A stretch of 64,000 nt of DNA from Candidatus Dojkabacteria bacterium (GTDB lineage: Bacteria > Patescibacteriota > Dojkabacteria > B142 > JAFGMG01), in assembly GCA_016927655.1 (NCBI GenBank), contig JAFGMG010000001.1, forward strand, positions 34,818 to 98,817. The letters are read 5' to 3'. This document shows positions 38,700-48,945 of this stretch, piece after piece. Each line of letters starts with the position of its first letter. The first letter of the stretch is position 1. The translations under genes and the position numbers were made by a program. The notes under the pieces were generated by a model that saw nothing but the letters and a program-made list of their open reading frames with translations, did no database searches and had not been told where the DNA came from.

Positions 38700-40098
38700 A
38701 CCCGCAATTGGCGGAAAAACCGAATACAAGGAGAAATATGGCTTTTCAGACCATATAAAGTATGCAAAAAAATTCCCAAAAGGCATCAATGAAGATGTGG
38801 TGAGGCAGATCTCAGCACTCAAAAATGAACCCAAATGGATGCTGGATATCAGACTGCGAGCTTACAAAGAGTTCATATCCAGGCCTATGCCAAAATGGGG
38901 AGCAGATCTCTCGCAAATTGACTTTGACAATATCCACTACTACGCCCAGGCAAGTGAAGGCGCCAAAAATGACTGGGAAGACGTTCCAGAAAAAATCAAG
39001 AGAACTTTTGATAAACTCCAAATTCCGCAAAGCGAAAGGAAATTCCTCGCAGGGACGGCCACACAATACGAATCAGAAGTGGTTTATAGCAACCTCAAAA
39101 AACAATGGTCTGATCTTGGCATAGTTTTCGAAGACACAGATACAGGATTACGAGAACATCCAGAGATTTTCAAAAAATATTTTGGAAAACTAATTCCATA
39201 CAAAGACAACAAATTCGCAGCACTCAATACTGCCGTTTGGAGTGGCGGGAGTTTCATCTACATACCAAAAGGAGTCAAGCTCGATATGCCACTACAGACA
39301 TACTTCAGGATCAATCTTGCAAATATGGGGCAGTTTGAAAGGACTTTAATAATCGCAGAAGAGAGGAGTAGTATATCCTACATAGAGGGGTGCTCGGCAC
39401 CAATGTATTCACGAGACTCACTCCACGCAGCAGTTGTGGAGATTTTTGTCCTCCCTGGTGCCAAAGTAAGATACACTACAATTCAAAACTGGTCAGACAA
39501 TGTATACAACCTTGTCACCAAACGGGCAGCAGCCTACAAAGACTCCAGAATGGAATGGATCGATTGCAATCTAGGCTCAAAAGTCACCATGAAATATCCT
39601 GCCGTCTGGCTCAAAGGTGCAGGCGCACATGGCGAAGTGCTCTCAATTGCATACGCCGACAAAGGACAAGTACTAGACGCAGGGGCAAAAATAGTTCACC
39701 ATGCGCCGCACACATCAAGCTTGATCAATTCCAAATCAATCTGCCTAAATGGAGGAAGAACAAGCTACAGAGGGCTTCTCAAAGCCACAGAAAAAGCAGC
39801 CAATTCTAAATCAAAAGTAATTTGTGACGCATTGATCTTCGATGATCAATCCAGAACAGATACATATCCAACAAACGAAATCGACAATCCATCATTCTCG
39901 CTCGAGCACGAGGCAAGCGTGAGCAAAGTTTCCACCGAGCAACTAGAATATTTAATGAGTAGAGGTTTGAGCGAAGAAGATGCATCAGCACTCATCGTTT
40001 CAGGCTTTCTAGAGCCAGTTGCCAAAGAACTACCAATTGAATATGCAGTTGAACTCAATGCTTTGATTAATATGAGCATGGAGGATAGCGTTGGTTAA
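38683..40098 (+). CDS. sufB: Fe-S cluster assembly protein SufB
   Basis: 471 aa with a SufB/SufD beta-helix core. Overlaps the sufC stop. Confidence 0.9.
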   Translation: MASKNKPAIGGKTEYKEKYGFSDHIKYAKKFPKGINEDVVRQISALKNEPKWMLDIRLRAYKEFISRPMPKWGADLSQIDFDNIHYYAQASEGAKNDWEDVPEKIKRTFDKLQIPQSERKFLAGTATQYESEVVYSNLKKQWSDLGIVFEDTDTGLREHPEIFKKYFGKLIPYKDNKFAALNTAVWSGGSFIYIPKGVKLDMPLQTYFRINLANMGQFERTLIIAEERSSISYIEGCSAPMYSRDSLHAAVVEIFVLPGAKVRYTTIQNWSDNVYNLVTKRAAAYKDSRMEWIDCNLGSKVTMKYPAVWLKGAGAHGEVLSIAYADKGQVLDAGAKIVHHAPHTSSLINSKSICLNGGRTSYRGLLKATEKAANSKSKVICDALIFDDQSRTDTYPTNEIDNPSFSLEHEASVSKVSTEQLEYLMSRGLSEEDASALIVSGFLEPVAKELPIEYAVELNALINMSMEDSVG

Positions 40099-40555
40099 TT
40101 TGAAATTTAGTAAACAAATGCAAAAACTAGAAAAACTAAAAAATGAAATACTTATCGATACAACTGGGCAAACCAAGGCATATTTCCATGGGACTAGAGA
40201 TGACCAATTCAAAGGGAAGTTGGTTTTCGAAGTAAAAACTCCAAATATCAAGCATGAGGTGATTATCAAAGCAGTTCTGGAAGGCAGTTCAGAGCTAGAT
40301 CTCGAAGCAATTCTCAAAGTTCCAAAAGGTGCCAAAAATACAGACACTTATCTCAAACTCGAATGCCTACTACTTTCAGATAAAGCTAAAGCACGGGTGA
40401 TCCCCAGTCTGGAAATCATGGAAGATGCGGTCAAATCCGGCCATGGAGCGACGGTCAGTTCGGTCAATAAAGAACACATGGACTATTTAATGAGTCGGGG
40501 CCTAAGCAAAGACAATGCCAAAAAGATTATTATTGAAGGATTTTTAGATTTTTAG
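40091..40555 (+). CDS. sufD: short SufD-like protein (C-terminal SufBD-type domain only)
   Basis: 154 aa. Its C-terminus ([23 protein letters not shown]) parallels the SufB C-terminus ([23 protein letters not shown]). Confidence 0.5.
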   Translation: MVNLKFSKQMQKLEKLKNEILIDTTGQTKAYFHGTRDDQFKGKLVFEVKTPNIKHEVIIKAVLEGSSELDLEAILKVPKGAKNTDTYLKLECLLLSDKAKARVIPSLEIMEDAVKSGHGATVSSVNKEHMDYLMSRGLSKDNAKKIIIEGFLDF

Positions 40556-43326
40556 TTCGGTGTGGGAGTAAATTTAACATCACTTCCCCCTCCATTTTGC
40601 ACTCTGATGAAATATCCGCTCCTTTCGAAGATGTTGTAGTCATTTCCATAGAGAGTGCTGTCTTCATATACTATGCTTGTGTAGAGTCCTCCTTCATACT
40701 TACTTACTACATCTGCTTCTATTCCTGCTTCATTCATATCTCTTACTAGCTCCTCTGCTGTGTAAGGGGCTTCATTTGTATATACTCCTACCAGATTCCA
40801 TCCGTTTCTGACTCTAAATGGTATTGGTTCATCAAATTTGTTTCCTTTGATCTTCGCTTCTACTGGTGTGTAGTTTAGTACAAAGTAGCTTTGTCCTGGG
40901 ACTATGTTGTAGTCATTTGAGAACTCCTGCTCATTTTCTCTCTTGGTATACATCTCAAAGCCACTGTCTGTGTATTTGGCGATATGCTTGATATCTGCTC
41001 CTTGGTTATTGAAGTGATCTAGGAGTTCACTTGCTGTACTTATTCCATCACTGCTAATGAGCGGCATTGTTATCAGGTTCCAGCCTGCGCTTAGATTGTA
41101 TGTTGCTACTTCACTGTCTTTCTTCAAGCTTAGTGATGTGTAGTCATCCAGCACTGGTTCATCTTTGTCTTTCTTCCCATTTCCGTTTGTATCGATGAAT
41201 AACCTGATCTCTGCTCTATCAGCTCCATCTAGATTCACTGCAAATTCACTTACTGGCTGTTCGAAGTTATCCCCGTAGTACACTACATAGTCTCCTGATT
41301 CGGTCGTTACTAACTTGTCTGTTGCTGCTGTAATTGGGCTCATCAGAGTTCCCGGAAGATCGCTTTCTCCTAATACCTTCTCCCTTCCTGACTCATCGAC
41401 TGCGAAACGCGATGTACCTGCCCTGATAGCAGTACAGGCTGTTTGAAATTCTGGATGTGTACCGATGATACAGGGGTATCCACCATAATCTCCAATTTCT
41501 AATGCATAAGTAGGGTAGACAGCCAAAATTTCAGACAATGTAGCTTCTGGCGAAATACACTGTCTATTATTTCCGGCAGTTGTTTTACGAAATACCGAGC
41601 CATTGTTCTCCGGACTACAATATAAACACCCTACTGGATAATTTAAACCTTGAAAAATACACGTTTCGTCGTCTACATTTCCATTATCTACAACCTCATC
41701 AGCTCTACAACGAATCATCCCATACTCTTCATTAATATAATCAGCAAGGTAGTTTAAAACTCCATCATAATTAACCCTGATAACCTTTGATGGGCTAATT
41801 GTACAACCATTATTACCATCCGAGATCACGTTAACCGTGACCTCCCACACATTATCTCCTACTCCTGTTGGAGTATCCGGGTCGAAATATTCGCATCCTG
41901 GTTTATAATCATATTCAATTCCAAGTCCTGGATGATCATAAGTGCAAACACCACTACCCTCTGCAAGAACAATATTAGCAACACCGGAGAGAGTCAAAGT
42001 CGGTGTGTTACCTACAGTCTCAGCTCCGTTAATAATAGCTGTATTGTTTCCCGCTGGAGCACCAACAGCACCGGTGGCAGCAGGGGCACCCCCGGCTTCC
42101 TGTCCTGCATATTTCCTCAATATCCCGCTTGCTTCTGCTGATACCTGCCCGCCAGTCGGGATACACCGGTCACAATATGATGCTGCTGTCCAGGGACAAC
42201 TCGAATCCTGCAAGCCACAAGGATTCTGGCTATTTACCTTGTGACATTTTCTGCTCCCTAAGTTCCCATCTGCATTACAAGGTTCATCATATGAATGATC
42301 ACAGGATTTTACTTCTCCCCCTTCACAAGTGGCAGCAGTTGGGGGATTGGAACTCCCATTCACCTGCACCCATTCACCACTCTCGCAAACATAAGTCCCA
42401 AAAGGCTTTGTAGTATCAGCATTATTTACCGCAAGAAAGCCATTCCCATAACACGCACCACCAGCCTCACAGGCACTTGCACCGCAGCCATCGGCTGTAG
42501 ACGCAAAAACCTTGCCGATAAGACCAGTACTCGAAGCAGAACCTTCTTCAACTACATCATCTCCTAGATAAATCACAGGTAATGGTTTGTACTCAACCAA
42601 TGTATAACTTGTAGAATCAGACATTTCGTCAGTTAATACATCGATTTTAATCAGGGTTGTGTCTAATTTCTGAAAAGTATTTCCGCTCACATCCCTAATA
42701 TTGGCTAAATCTGCTGCCCAGCTATGAGTTTCACTAATGACTGTAGAATATAGCTGACTTTTTATTTCAAAATCTCCCCGATTCACAAGATAGAAATAAA
42801 CAATCCCATCATTTGGCGGCTCTTTGGTAAGGTCTGAGGACAAAACACTTCCATAAACTGGATCTGGAGTAACTAAATCTTCATTAACCGACAGCGTTGT
42901 AATCCCAGGCAGGGCCACTCCATTCTCATCTTTGTCTACATTCAATAACCGGCCGACCACACTCACCTCATATTCTTTTTCCGGTTCCAGTCCTCTGATA
43001 CTTATATGATGAGTATTACGTTTCTGCGCACCAACGGGTTTCAGATCATACTCTCCAGTTGCGACATTTTGCTCAATATCCCGGTCATCATAAAATACTT
43101 CATCCATCCACATCCCGCCAACCTCGCGAATTCTTACTTTCGCTACTAGCTTTTCTTCAGAATACCAGCTGAAAGCAGCTCCGGAATCCGTTACATTTGA
43201 AACGATGGGATTTTCAATCCTGATATTTTGGTCTTTATAAATTGCAAACCCAAACAAAATTGCAAAAATAGCAATAATGCCTGCAGCAAAAAGTCCAATT
43301 ATAAGAGATGTCGTCTTCTTTTGCAT
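40552..43326 (-). CDS. giant secreted/surface protein paralogue (924 aa)
   Basis: Shares the N-terminal FN3-like module and the C-terminal double GWNL repeat with 34518..37871, including a near-identical last ~60 aa. The Cys-rich middle differs. Confidence 0.6.
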   Translation of the reverse strand: MQKKTTSLIIGLFAAGIIAIFAILFGFAIYKDQNIRIENPIVSNVTDSGAAFSWYSEEKLVAKVRIREVGGMWMDEVFYDDRDIEQNVATGEYDLKPVGAQKRNTHHISIRGLEPEKEYEVSVVGRLLNVDKDENGVALPGITTLSVNEDLVTPDPVYGSVLSSDLTKEPPNDGIVYFYLVNRGDFEIKSQLYSTVISETHSWAADLANIRDVSGNTFQKLDTTLIKIDVLTDEMSDSTSYTLVEYKPLPVIYLGDDVVEEGSASSTGLIGKVFASTADGCGASACEAGGACYGNGFLAVNNADTTKPFGTYVCESGEWVQVNGSSNPPTAATCEGGEVKSCDHSYDEPCNADGNLGSRKCHKVNSQNPCGLQDSSCPWTAASYCDRCIPTGGQVSAEASGILRKYAGQEAGGAPAATGAVGAPAGNNTAIINGAETVGNTPTLTLSGVANIVLAEGSGVCTYDHPGLGIEYDYKPGCEYFDPDTPTGVGDNVWEVTVNVISDGNNGCTISPSKVIRVNYDGVLNYLADYINEEYGMIRCRADEVVDNGNVDDETCIFQGLNYPVGCLYCSPENNGSVFRKTTAGNNRQCISPEATLSEILAVYPTYALEIGDYGGYPCIIGTHPEFQTACTAIRAGTSRFAVDESGREKVLGESDLPGTLMSPITAATDKLVTTESGDYVVYYGDNFEQPVSEFAVNLDGADRAEIRLFIDTNGNGKKDKDEPVLDDYTSLSLKKDSEVATYNLSAGWNLITMPLISSDGISTASELLDHFNNQGADIKHIAKYTDSGFEMYTKRENEQEFSNDYNIVPGQSYFVLNYTPVEAKIKGNKFDEPIPFRVRNGWNLVGVYTNEAPYTAEELVRDMNEAGIEADVVSKYEGGLYTSIVYEDSTLYGNDYNIFERSGYFIRVQNGGGSDVKFTPTPN

Positions 43327-43416
43327 CAGAATTTATAAATGAGAATCAGGTATTTACAAAATAGCCAAAAACACAGTCAAAGTCAACAAATACAGAATAA
43401 ATGATATAATAATTTC

Positions 43417-44598
43417 ATGGAAATCAAGAATATAAAAAAGCACTTCCCAATCCTCAGCCAAAATCCAGATTTTACATATCTGGACAATGCTGCAACTACC
43501 CAGAAAACCAAAAAAGTCATCAAATCAATCAGCAGATTCTACCGCCAGCACAATGCAAATGTGCACAGAGGTATTTATGAGCTGAGCGAAAAAGCAACTG
43601 AGAAATACGAAGAGGTGAGAAAAACTGCAGCGAAATTTATCGGGGCAAAGGAAAAAGAAATAGTTTTCACATCAGGAACGACAGATTCGTTCAACCTATT
43701 GGCAAGGAGTTTGGGCAAAACTCCAGAGATTGTGAAGAAAAACCCCAAAATTCTAATCACTGAAATCGAGCACCATGCAAACTATCTGCCCTGGCGGGAA
43801 ATCAGCGATGATATTCACTTTGCCAGGCAGAAAGAAGATTTTACGATTGAATGGCCTGAAGGTGACTTTGACATAGTCTCAATCACTCATGCAAGCAACG
43901 TAACCGGCCTTATGCCAGATGCAAAAGAAGTCAGAAAGAAATATCCGAAAGCACTATTTATACTCGATGCAGCACAATCAATTGCGCACAAAAAAATAGA
44001 CGTCAAAAATCTGGATGTTGATTTTCTGGCATTTTCAAGTCACAAAATGTACGGGCCGACCGGTATTGGAGTTTTGTATGGGAAACAAGAACTGCTGGAA
44101 AAACTATACCCTCTCAAAGTCGGCGGCGGTATGATAGCAGAAGTCACAAAGAAAAGCGCCAAATGGGCGGAGCTTCCTGAAAGACATGAAGCTGGAACGC
44201 CACCAATCGCGCAGGCAATAGGCCTTCAAGCAGCAATAGAATTCCTGGAAAAAATCGGCATGGAAAAAATTGAAGAATATGAGAAAGAACTTCGCAAATA
44301 CGCTTTTGAAGAATTGTCCAAGATCAAAGGCCTGAAACTTTTCCACCCAAATTTAGAAATTGATGCCGGGACCGTGTTTAGTTTTCAGCTTGAGGGGATT
44401 CATCCTCATGATATCGCAGAGATGCTAAGCGAAAGAAATATTGCGGTTCGAGCCGGCCATCATTGCTGCCAGATTCTGCACCGGGAAGTATTGAAAATCC
44501 CCGCGTCAACCCGGGCAAGCTTTGCCGTTTATAATACAAAAGACGATGTTGATAAGCTTGCCAAAAGATTAAATGAAATTGTAAAAATATTTACGTGA
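43417..44598 (+). CDS. sufS: cysteine desulfurase SufS (class V aminotransferase)
   Basis: PLP-lysine region SSHKMYGPTGIGVL, and a C-terminal RAGHHC active-site Cys loop. Confidence 0.85.
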   Translation: MEIKNIKKHFPILSQNPDFTYLDNAATTQKTKKVIKSISRFYRQHNANVHRGIYELSEKATEKYEEVRKTAAKFIGAKEKEIVFTSGTTDSFNLLARSLGKTPEIVKKNPKILITEIEHHANYLPWREISDDIHFARQKEDFTIEWPEGDFDIVSITHASNVTGLMPDAKEVRKKYPKALFILDAAQSIAHKKIDVKNLDVDFLAFSSHKMYGPTGIGVLYGKQELLEKLYPLKVGGGMIAEVTKKSAKWAELPERHEAGTPPIAQAIGLQAAIEFLEKIGMEKIEEYEKELRKYAFEELSKIKGLKLFHPNLEIDAGTVFSFQLEGIHPHDIAEMLSERNIAVRAGHHCCQILHREVLKIPASTRASFAVYNTKDDVDKLAKRLNEIVKIFT

Positions 44599-44957
44599 AT
44601 GACCAGATCAGCCGTCAAAATCTAATTGATCACTACAAAAACCCCCGAAATGTCGGGGTACTTAAAAAAGCCACAAATACAGTTGAGTGCTCAAATGTAA
44701 CTTGCGGGGATGAGGTTAAAGTAAGCCTCCTTATAAAAGCCGGGAAAATCGAAGAGATCAGACATGAAAGTGCAGGATGTGTGATGAGCGTCGCAGGCAT
44801 TTCAATACTTAGCGAAGAACTGATCGGCATGGAAGTTGAAAAGGTTAAAAAATTAGATAAAGATGCACTCCAGGAAATCCTCGGAATAGAAATCACTCCT
44901 TCCAGGCTTAAATGCGCTATGCTTGGACTGGAAGCAATAAAGAAAGCGCTTAATTGA
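44595..44957 (+). CDS. sufU: SufU/IscU-like Fe-S scaffold
   Basis: NPRNVG...C..CGD...HESAGC pattern. 4-nt overlap with sufS. Confidence 0.8.
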   Translation: MNDQISRQNLIDHYKNPRNVGVLKKATNTVECSNVTCGDEVKVSLLIKAGKIEEIRHESAGCVMSVAGISILSEELIGMEVEKVKKLDKDALQEILGIEITPSRLKCAMLGLEAIKKALN

Positions 44958-44994
44958 TTGAACGAGCTTAGCACTCTATGCTATACTTTGACAG

Positions 44995-45390
44995 ATGAGA
45001 AACATTTCAGACACAACTAAAAGACAATCAGACCTTAAAAAACAGGAGCTTAAAGACCAGGCCCTAAAAGAGGCCCGTGCAGTTGCTCCAAAATACTGCG
45101 AGAAATGCGGCACACAGTACAAAGATGAGAATTTCAATCTTGTTAAAAAAGAACAGAATCAAGCGGTGTTCCACCTTAAATGCCCAAACTGTAACAATAC
45201 GTACATGCTCAATGTCGTTGCTCCGGCCCCTCATATGATGGCCAGCCAGCGAAGCAGTATAAATATTGATGTAAATTCTCCTGAAGAATTGTCTAAATTT
45301 GCCGGCAAAGGCTCAGTGACAAGAGACGAAGTAATCGATATCTATCAGAAATTAAAATCCGGTGATATCGAGGAGTTCCTGCGAAGCTAA
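44995..45390 (+). CDS. hypothetical zinc-ribbon protein
   Basis: CEKCG...CPNCNN cysteine pairs. 131 aa. Confidence 0.4.
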   Translation: MRNISDTTKRQSDLKKQELKDQALKEARAVAPKYCEKCGTQYKDENFNLVKKEQNQAVFHLKCPNCNNTYMLNVVAPAPHMMASQRSSINIDVNSPEELSKFAGKGSVTRDEVIDIYQKLKSGDIEEFLRS

Positions 45391-46466
45391 ACAAGATTTA
45401 TTTTTTTTAAGAAACTCCCAGTAAATAATTCTTTCTGCGAACTTGTTATAAATATCTGGTTATTGAGCTTCAGCAGAGAATTTTCAATATTCACCCTGTG
45501 TTTTTCATCAAGTTCAGAAAAAATATCGTCAAAAAGTAAAACCGGAGAAACTGAGAAGTCTTTATTGAAAAGCGAGTTTAGAGCAAAAAGAAGAATAATT
45601 CCGGCAATTCTCTGCTGACCTCTCGATCCTGCAGTCCGAAGTAAATTACCGTTTAAAAGGAATTCATAATCATCTCTATGTGGCCCATAAAGACCCATTC
45701 CAGCTTGGATTTCCTTCATTCTGCCGGAAGCAAGCTTCTCTTTCATTCTCAAAACCTGGTTTTCAACCACCTTGGAACTATAATTGATTCGCAGATCAAA
45801 GCCATTTTTATACAATTCTTTTGAGGCTAAATAAATGTATTCTTCTAAATCAGCAAGTAACTTCAATCTTTTTGTTAGGATCTCTTCGCCAAGGTTTACA
45901 AATCTGGTATCCCAATAATCCAGCTGCATTTCACTTTCTCTTCCTTCGCTGATTCTTGCTAAAAGCTTATTTCTGCTTTTCAGAACGAATCTGTATTCTT
46001 TGAGAATCTTGTCGTAATCTGCGTCAAATTCAGAAATATAACGGTCAAATTGGTTCCTTCTGATGTCAGGCGTTGAGCTGACTATATCCGCATTGTGCGG
46101 TGAATACATAAACGTCGCAAGCTGGCTTCTAAATTTTTTGGGAGTTGTATTTGCCCCACTGATTTTAACTGTTTTTTTTGCTCTAGAATTACCTGGATCG
46201 GAACTGATTATAACTTCAAGCTCCACAGGCTTGTCTAAAAGACATTTCGCATGAATTTTGAAATAGTCGTCCCCACTTTCCCAATTTTTCATCTCGCTAT
46301 CACCTAGCCCTCTAAATGATTTGAGTGAAGAAAGGTAGTCTATTGCTTCAAGCAGATTGGTTTTGCCCCATCCATTTGGATAAATCAGGATATTGATTCC
46401 ATTTTGGAAATTGAACCCGGTATTAAGATTCTTATAATTTTTAAGCTTCAGCTCTTTTAATATCAT
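45387..46466 (-). CDS. recF: DNA replication and repair protein RecF
   Basis: Walker A YPNGWGKTNLLEAI and RecF signature LLFDDIFSELD. Confidence 0.8.
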   Translation of the reverse strand: MILKELKLKNYKNLNTGFNFQNGINILIYPNGWGKTNLLEAIDYLSSLKSFRGLGDSEMKNWESGDDYFKIHAKCLLDKPVELEVIISSDPGNSRAKKTVKISGANTTPKKFRSQLATFMYSPHNADIVSSTPDIRRNQFDRYISEFDADYDKILKEYRFVLKSRNKLLARISEGRESEMQLDYWDTRFVNLGEEILTKRLKLLADLEEYIYLASKELYKNGFDLRINYSSKVVENQVLRMKEKLASGRMKEIQAGMGLYGPHRDDYEFLLNGNLLRTAGSRGQQRIAGIILLFALNSLFNKDFSVSPVLLFDDIFSELDEKHRVNIENSLLKLNNQIFITSSQKELFTGSFLKKINLV

Positions 46467-46473
46467 GCAGATA

Positions 46474-47496
46474 TTATACAGATTTCACCTGGTCTTTGAT
46501 GAGCTTGACTGCTTTTTGCTGAATAATCACTGAGGCAATGAAGTTCCGCCCTTGTTCAGTATCGTATTGAGCCTTGAGCTTTGGGTCCTGGATTACAGCA
46601 AGTTCTGCGTCAACATCTTCTTTGTTCACTTTTATTTCATTCTTTTTTGCAACTTCTATTAGAAGAATTTCTCTGCCAATTCTTTTTTCCGCCTCTTCTT
46701 TCCAGTCTTTCTTGAGATCTTCAAGATTGACCTTTTTTGTCTTTAAAAATGTTTCATATTCAAGTCCAAGCTCTTCAATTCTTTTTTTGTATCCCTCTTC
46801 TCTGGCTTTCATTTCTTTTTCGACCAGAATTTCCGGGATCTTGATTCCAGCCTTTTTAACTGCTTCATCTATGAGTTCCGCAGCGTATTTATCCTCTGCC
46901 ATATGTTCTTTCTGGTGTTTTAGCTGTTCTTCAATCACTTTTTTCAAGCCTTTTACATCTTCTACTCCGTCAATTTTTAGATTTTTTGCCCATTCATCAC
47001 TTGGTTTATTCTTTTTATCTTCTTGCTTAGCTTTTTCCTTGCCCTGTTTCAACATATCTTCCAGAACTGCATCGACTTCTTTGGCAGTGACTTCCGCTTT
47101 CTCCTTCCTAACTTTCAATTTTGAGAAATCCGGGAGTTTGACTTCCCCGATCCCTTCAAATTCAAAATGATACTGCAGTCCGTCATCTTCTGAAACTTTT
47201 TCCAGGTGGTATTCAAGCTGACCTACTGGATTGAGCTTTTCTTTTCTGACAATTTCTAGTGCTACGGATGGGAAAAGTGCATTTATTGCTTCTTCATAAA
47301 TGCTTGCTCCCAGTTTTGCTTCAACCACATTTTTTGGAGCTTTGCCTGGACGGAAACCTTTGACCTCGACAGTCTTGCTGAGTTTGTTGTATGCCTTTTC
47401 TTTCTGCTCCGCGAAAAATTCCTTTTTTATTTTTACAGATATTTTGTATTTAGTATCGGTCAAATTTTCTATTTCGTATGTGTAATTGTCACTCAT
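46474..47496 (-). CDS. tig: trigger factor (short form, apparently lacking a PPIase domain)
   Basis: N-terminal ribosome-binding signature GFRPGKAPKNVVEAK. 340 aa. Confidence 0.7.
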   Translation of the reverse strand: MSDNYTYEIENLTDTKYKISVKIKKEFFAEQKEKAYNKLSKTVEVKGFRPGKAPKNVVEAKLGASIYEEAINALFPSVALEIVRKEKLNPVGQLEYHLEKVSEDDGLQYHFEFEGIGEVKLPDFSKLKVRKEKAEVTAKEVDAVLEDMLKQGKEKAKQEDKKNKPSDEWAKNLKIDGVEDVKGLKKVIEEQLKHQKEHMAEDKYAAELIDEAVKKAGIKIPEILVEKEMKAREEGYKKRIEELGLEYETFLKTKKVNLEDLKKDWKEEAEKRIGREILLIEVAKKNEIKVNKEDVDAELAVIQDPKLKAQYDTEQGRNFIASVIIQQKAVKLIKDQVKSV

Positions 47497-47650
47497 TTGT
47501 AGTGTTTTAAATGTTAAATAGGCTGATTTAATTATAACATAAGAAACCTCTTGACTTTTCAGTTTTGCTTAGGTAATAATTGTCTGACAGAAATTGCGGA
47601 GAATGGCTGGCAGCAGGAGGTTCTCCAACTTTAATCATTAAGAAATTTAA

Positions 47651-47845
47651 ATGAGCGACCAGGACGATAATACCAATGCGGTTCAGGAAGACTTTGGCGA
47701 TTTAAATGAAGCACCTTTCGTCGATGAAGAAAATATCGGCTTTGCTGAACTGGAAAGTGAGGATGATCCAGAGATTGACCCCGTACATGAAGACGAGGAC
47801 GACGATGGGCTTAGTGATTTTGAATTACCTGACGAGGAGGAGTAA
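47651..47845 (+). CDS. highly acidic 64-aa protein (Asp/Glu roughly 40%)
   Basis: A TTGACT-17-TAATAA promoter-like element lies at ~47552. Overlaps the dus 3' end on the opposite strand. Confidence 0.3.
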   Translation: MSDQDDNTNAVQEDFGDLNEAPFVDEENIGFAELESEDDPEIDPVHEDEDDDGLSDFELPDEEE

Positions 47846-48898
47846 TTTTTCGACTTCCTTTGGACTATTTACCCTTACAAGTTTAGCTCTCAGCTCCCTG
47901 GCTCCGTCAATTCCTTTGATATAATCAGCTAGAATTCTGCGCATCTGAACGAAAGCCTTGGGATCTTTCAATTTGTAGTGAAATTGCGCGTGTTCGATCA
48001 TCACATCAAATAGCTTTTTCCCCTCGGGTTTTGGAGCTGAACTGAACACCCATGGATTGCCGACTGCAGCCCTGCCGATCATAACTCCATCGACGGAGTA
48101 TTTCTCTGCGTACTTTGCCCCCATTTCACGGGTTTGGATATCCCCATTCCCAATGACAATTGTCTGCGGGCTGATTTGTTTGATCAATTTCGCTGCTGCC
48201 TCGATTTGATCCCAGTCTGCTTTGCCGCGATATGCCTGACGAAGCGTTCTGCCATGAATAGAGACAGCATCCAGATTCATCTTTGCCAGAGCAGTAAACC
48301 AGTTTTTGATATCCGGGGAATCGTAGCCTATCCGGGTTTTGACTGAAACTGGGATTTGTGTGCGGACTGGATTTTTGGCCTTTGCTTCAAGCAATTTCTT
48401 TTGGATTCTTCCTTTTTTGGCTTCTTTTGGGAAATTGTCCCAGCTGATTCCGTTTTCCACCCAATCATCAATTCCCGATTTCACTGCGTGGACAATCTTG
48501 CCTGCAACATCTGGAGTTTTTATAAGTCCTGCGCCTGCACCTCTCTGCTCAATTTTTCTGGCAGGACATCCCATATTGATATCGATTCCATCGAAGCCAA
48601 GTTCTGCTGTTATCTGCGCGCAGAAGTAGAAAAGCTCGGGCTCATGACCGTAGAGCTGCGCGATGATTGGATGCTCGCTCTCCTCGTATCGCAAATCCTC
48701 GAATGCTTTCTTAATGCCGCGGATCAAAGCCTCCACCGGTACGAATTCAGTTACTAGAAGGTCCGGATTGCCGTATTTATTTGTAATCAGTCTGAATGGC
48801 AGATCAGTTACTCCATCCATGGGAGCAAGGGCAAAAAATGGCCTTGGCAGCTCCATCCAGAAGTTATTATTTTGTTTACTATTTTTCTCCATTGACAT
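47825..48898 (-). CDS. dus: tRNA-dihydrouridine synthase
   Basis: FALAPMDGVTDLPFR and a Dus TIM-barrel pattern with a catalytic Cys region (NMGCP). Confidence 0.85.
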   Translation of the reverse strand: MSMEKNSKQNNNFWMELPRPFFALAPMDGVTDLPFRLITNKYGNPDLLVTEFVPVEALIRGIKKAFEDLRYEESEHPIIAQLYGHEPELFYFCAQITAELGFDGIDINMGCPARKIEQRGAGAGLIKTPDVAGKIVHAVKSGIDDWVENGISWDNFPKEAKKGRIQKKLLEAKAKNPVRTQIPVSVKTRIGYDSPDIKNWFTALAKMNLDAVSIHGRTLRQAYRGKADWDQIEAAAKLIKQISPQTIVIGNGDIQTREMGAKYAEKYSVDGVMIGRAAVGNPWVFSSAPKPEGKKLFDVMIEHAQFHYKLKDPKAFVQMRRILADYIKGIDGARELRAKLVRVNSPKEVEKLLLLVR

Positions 48899-48945
48899 AC
48901 AGGAATTATAACACTAAGATTTGACAGTTTTTAGAATTAAATTAA

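Noticed and set aside
47596-47625. Hairpin GGAGAA…TTCTCC enclosing an AGGAGG upstream of the acidic ORF, considered as an SD-sequestering riboregulator
   Set aside because: The AGGAGG lies ~33 nt from the ATG, too far to serve as a Shine-Dalgarno. This is likely coincidental.
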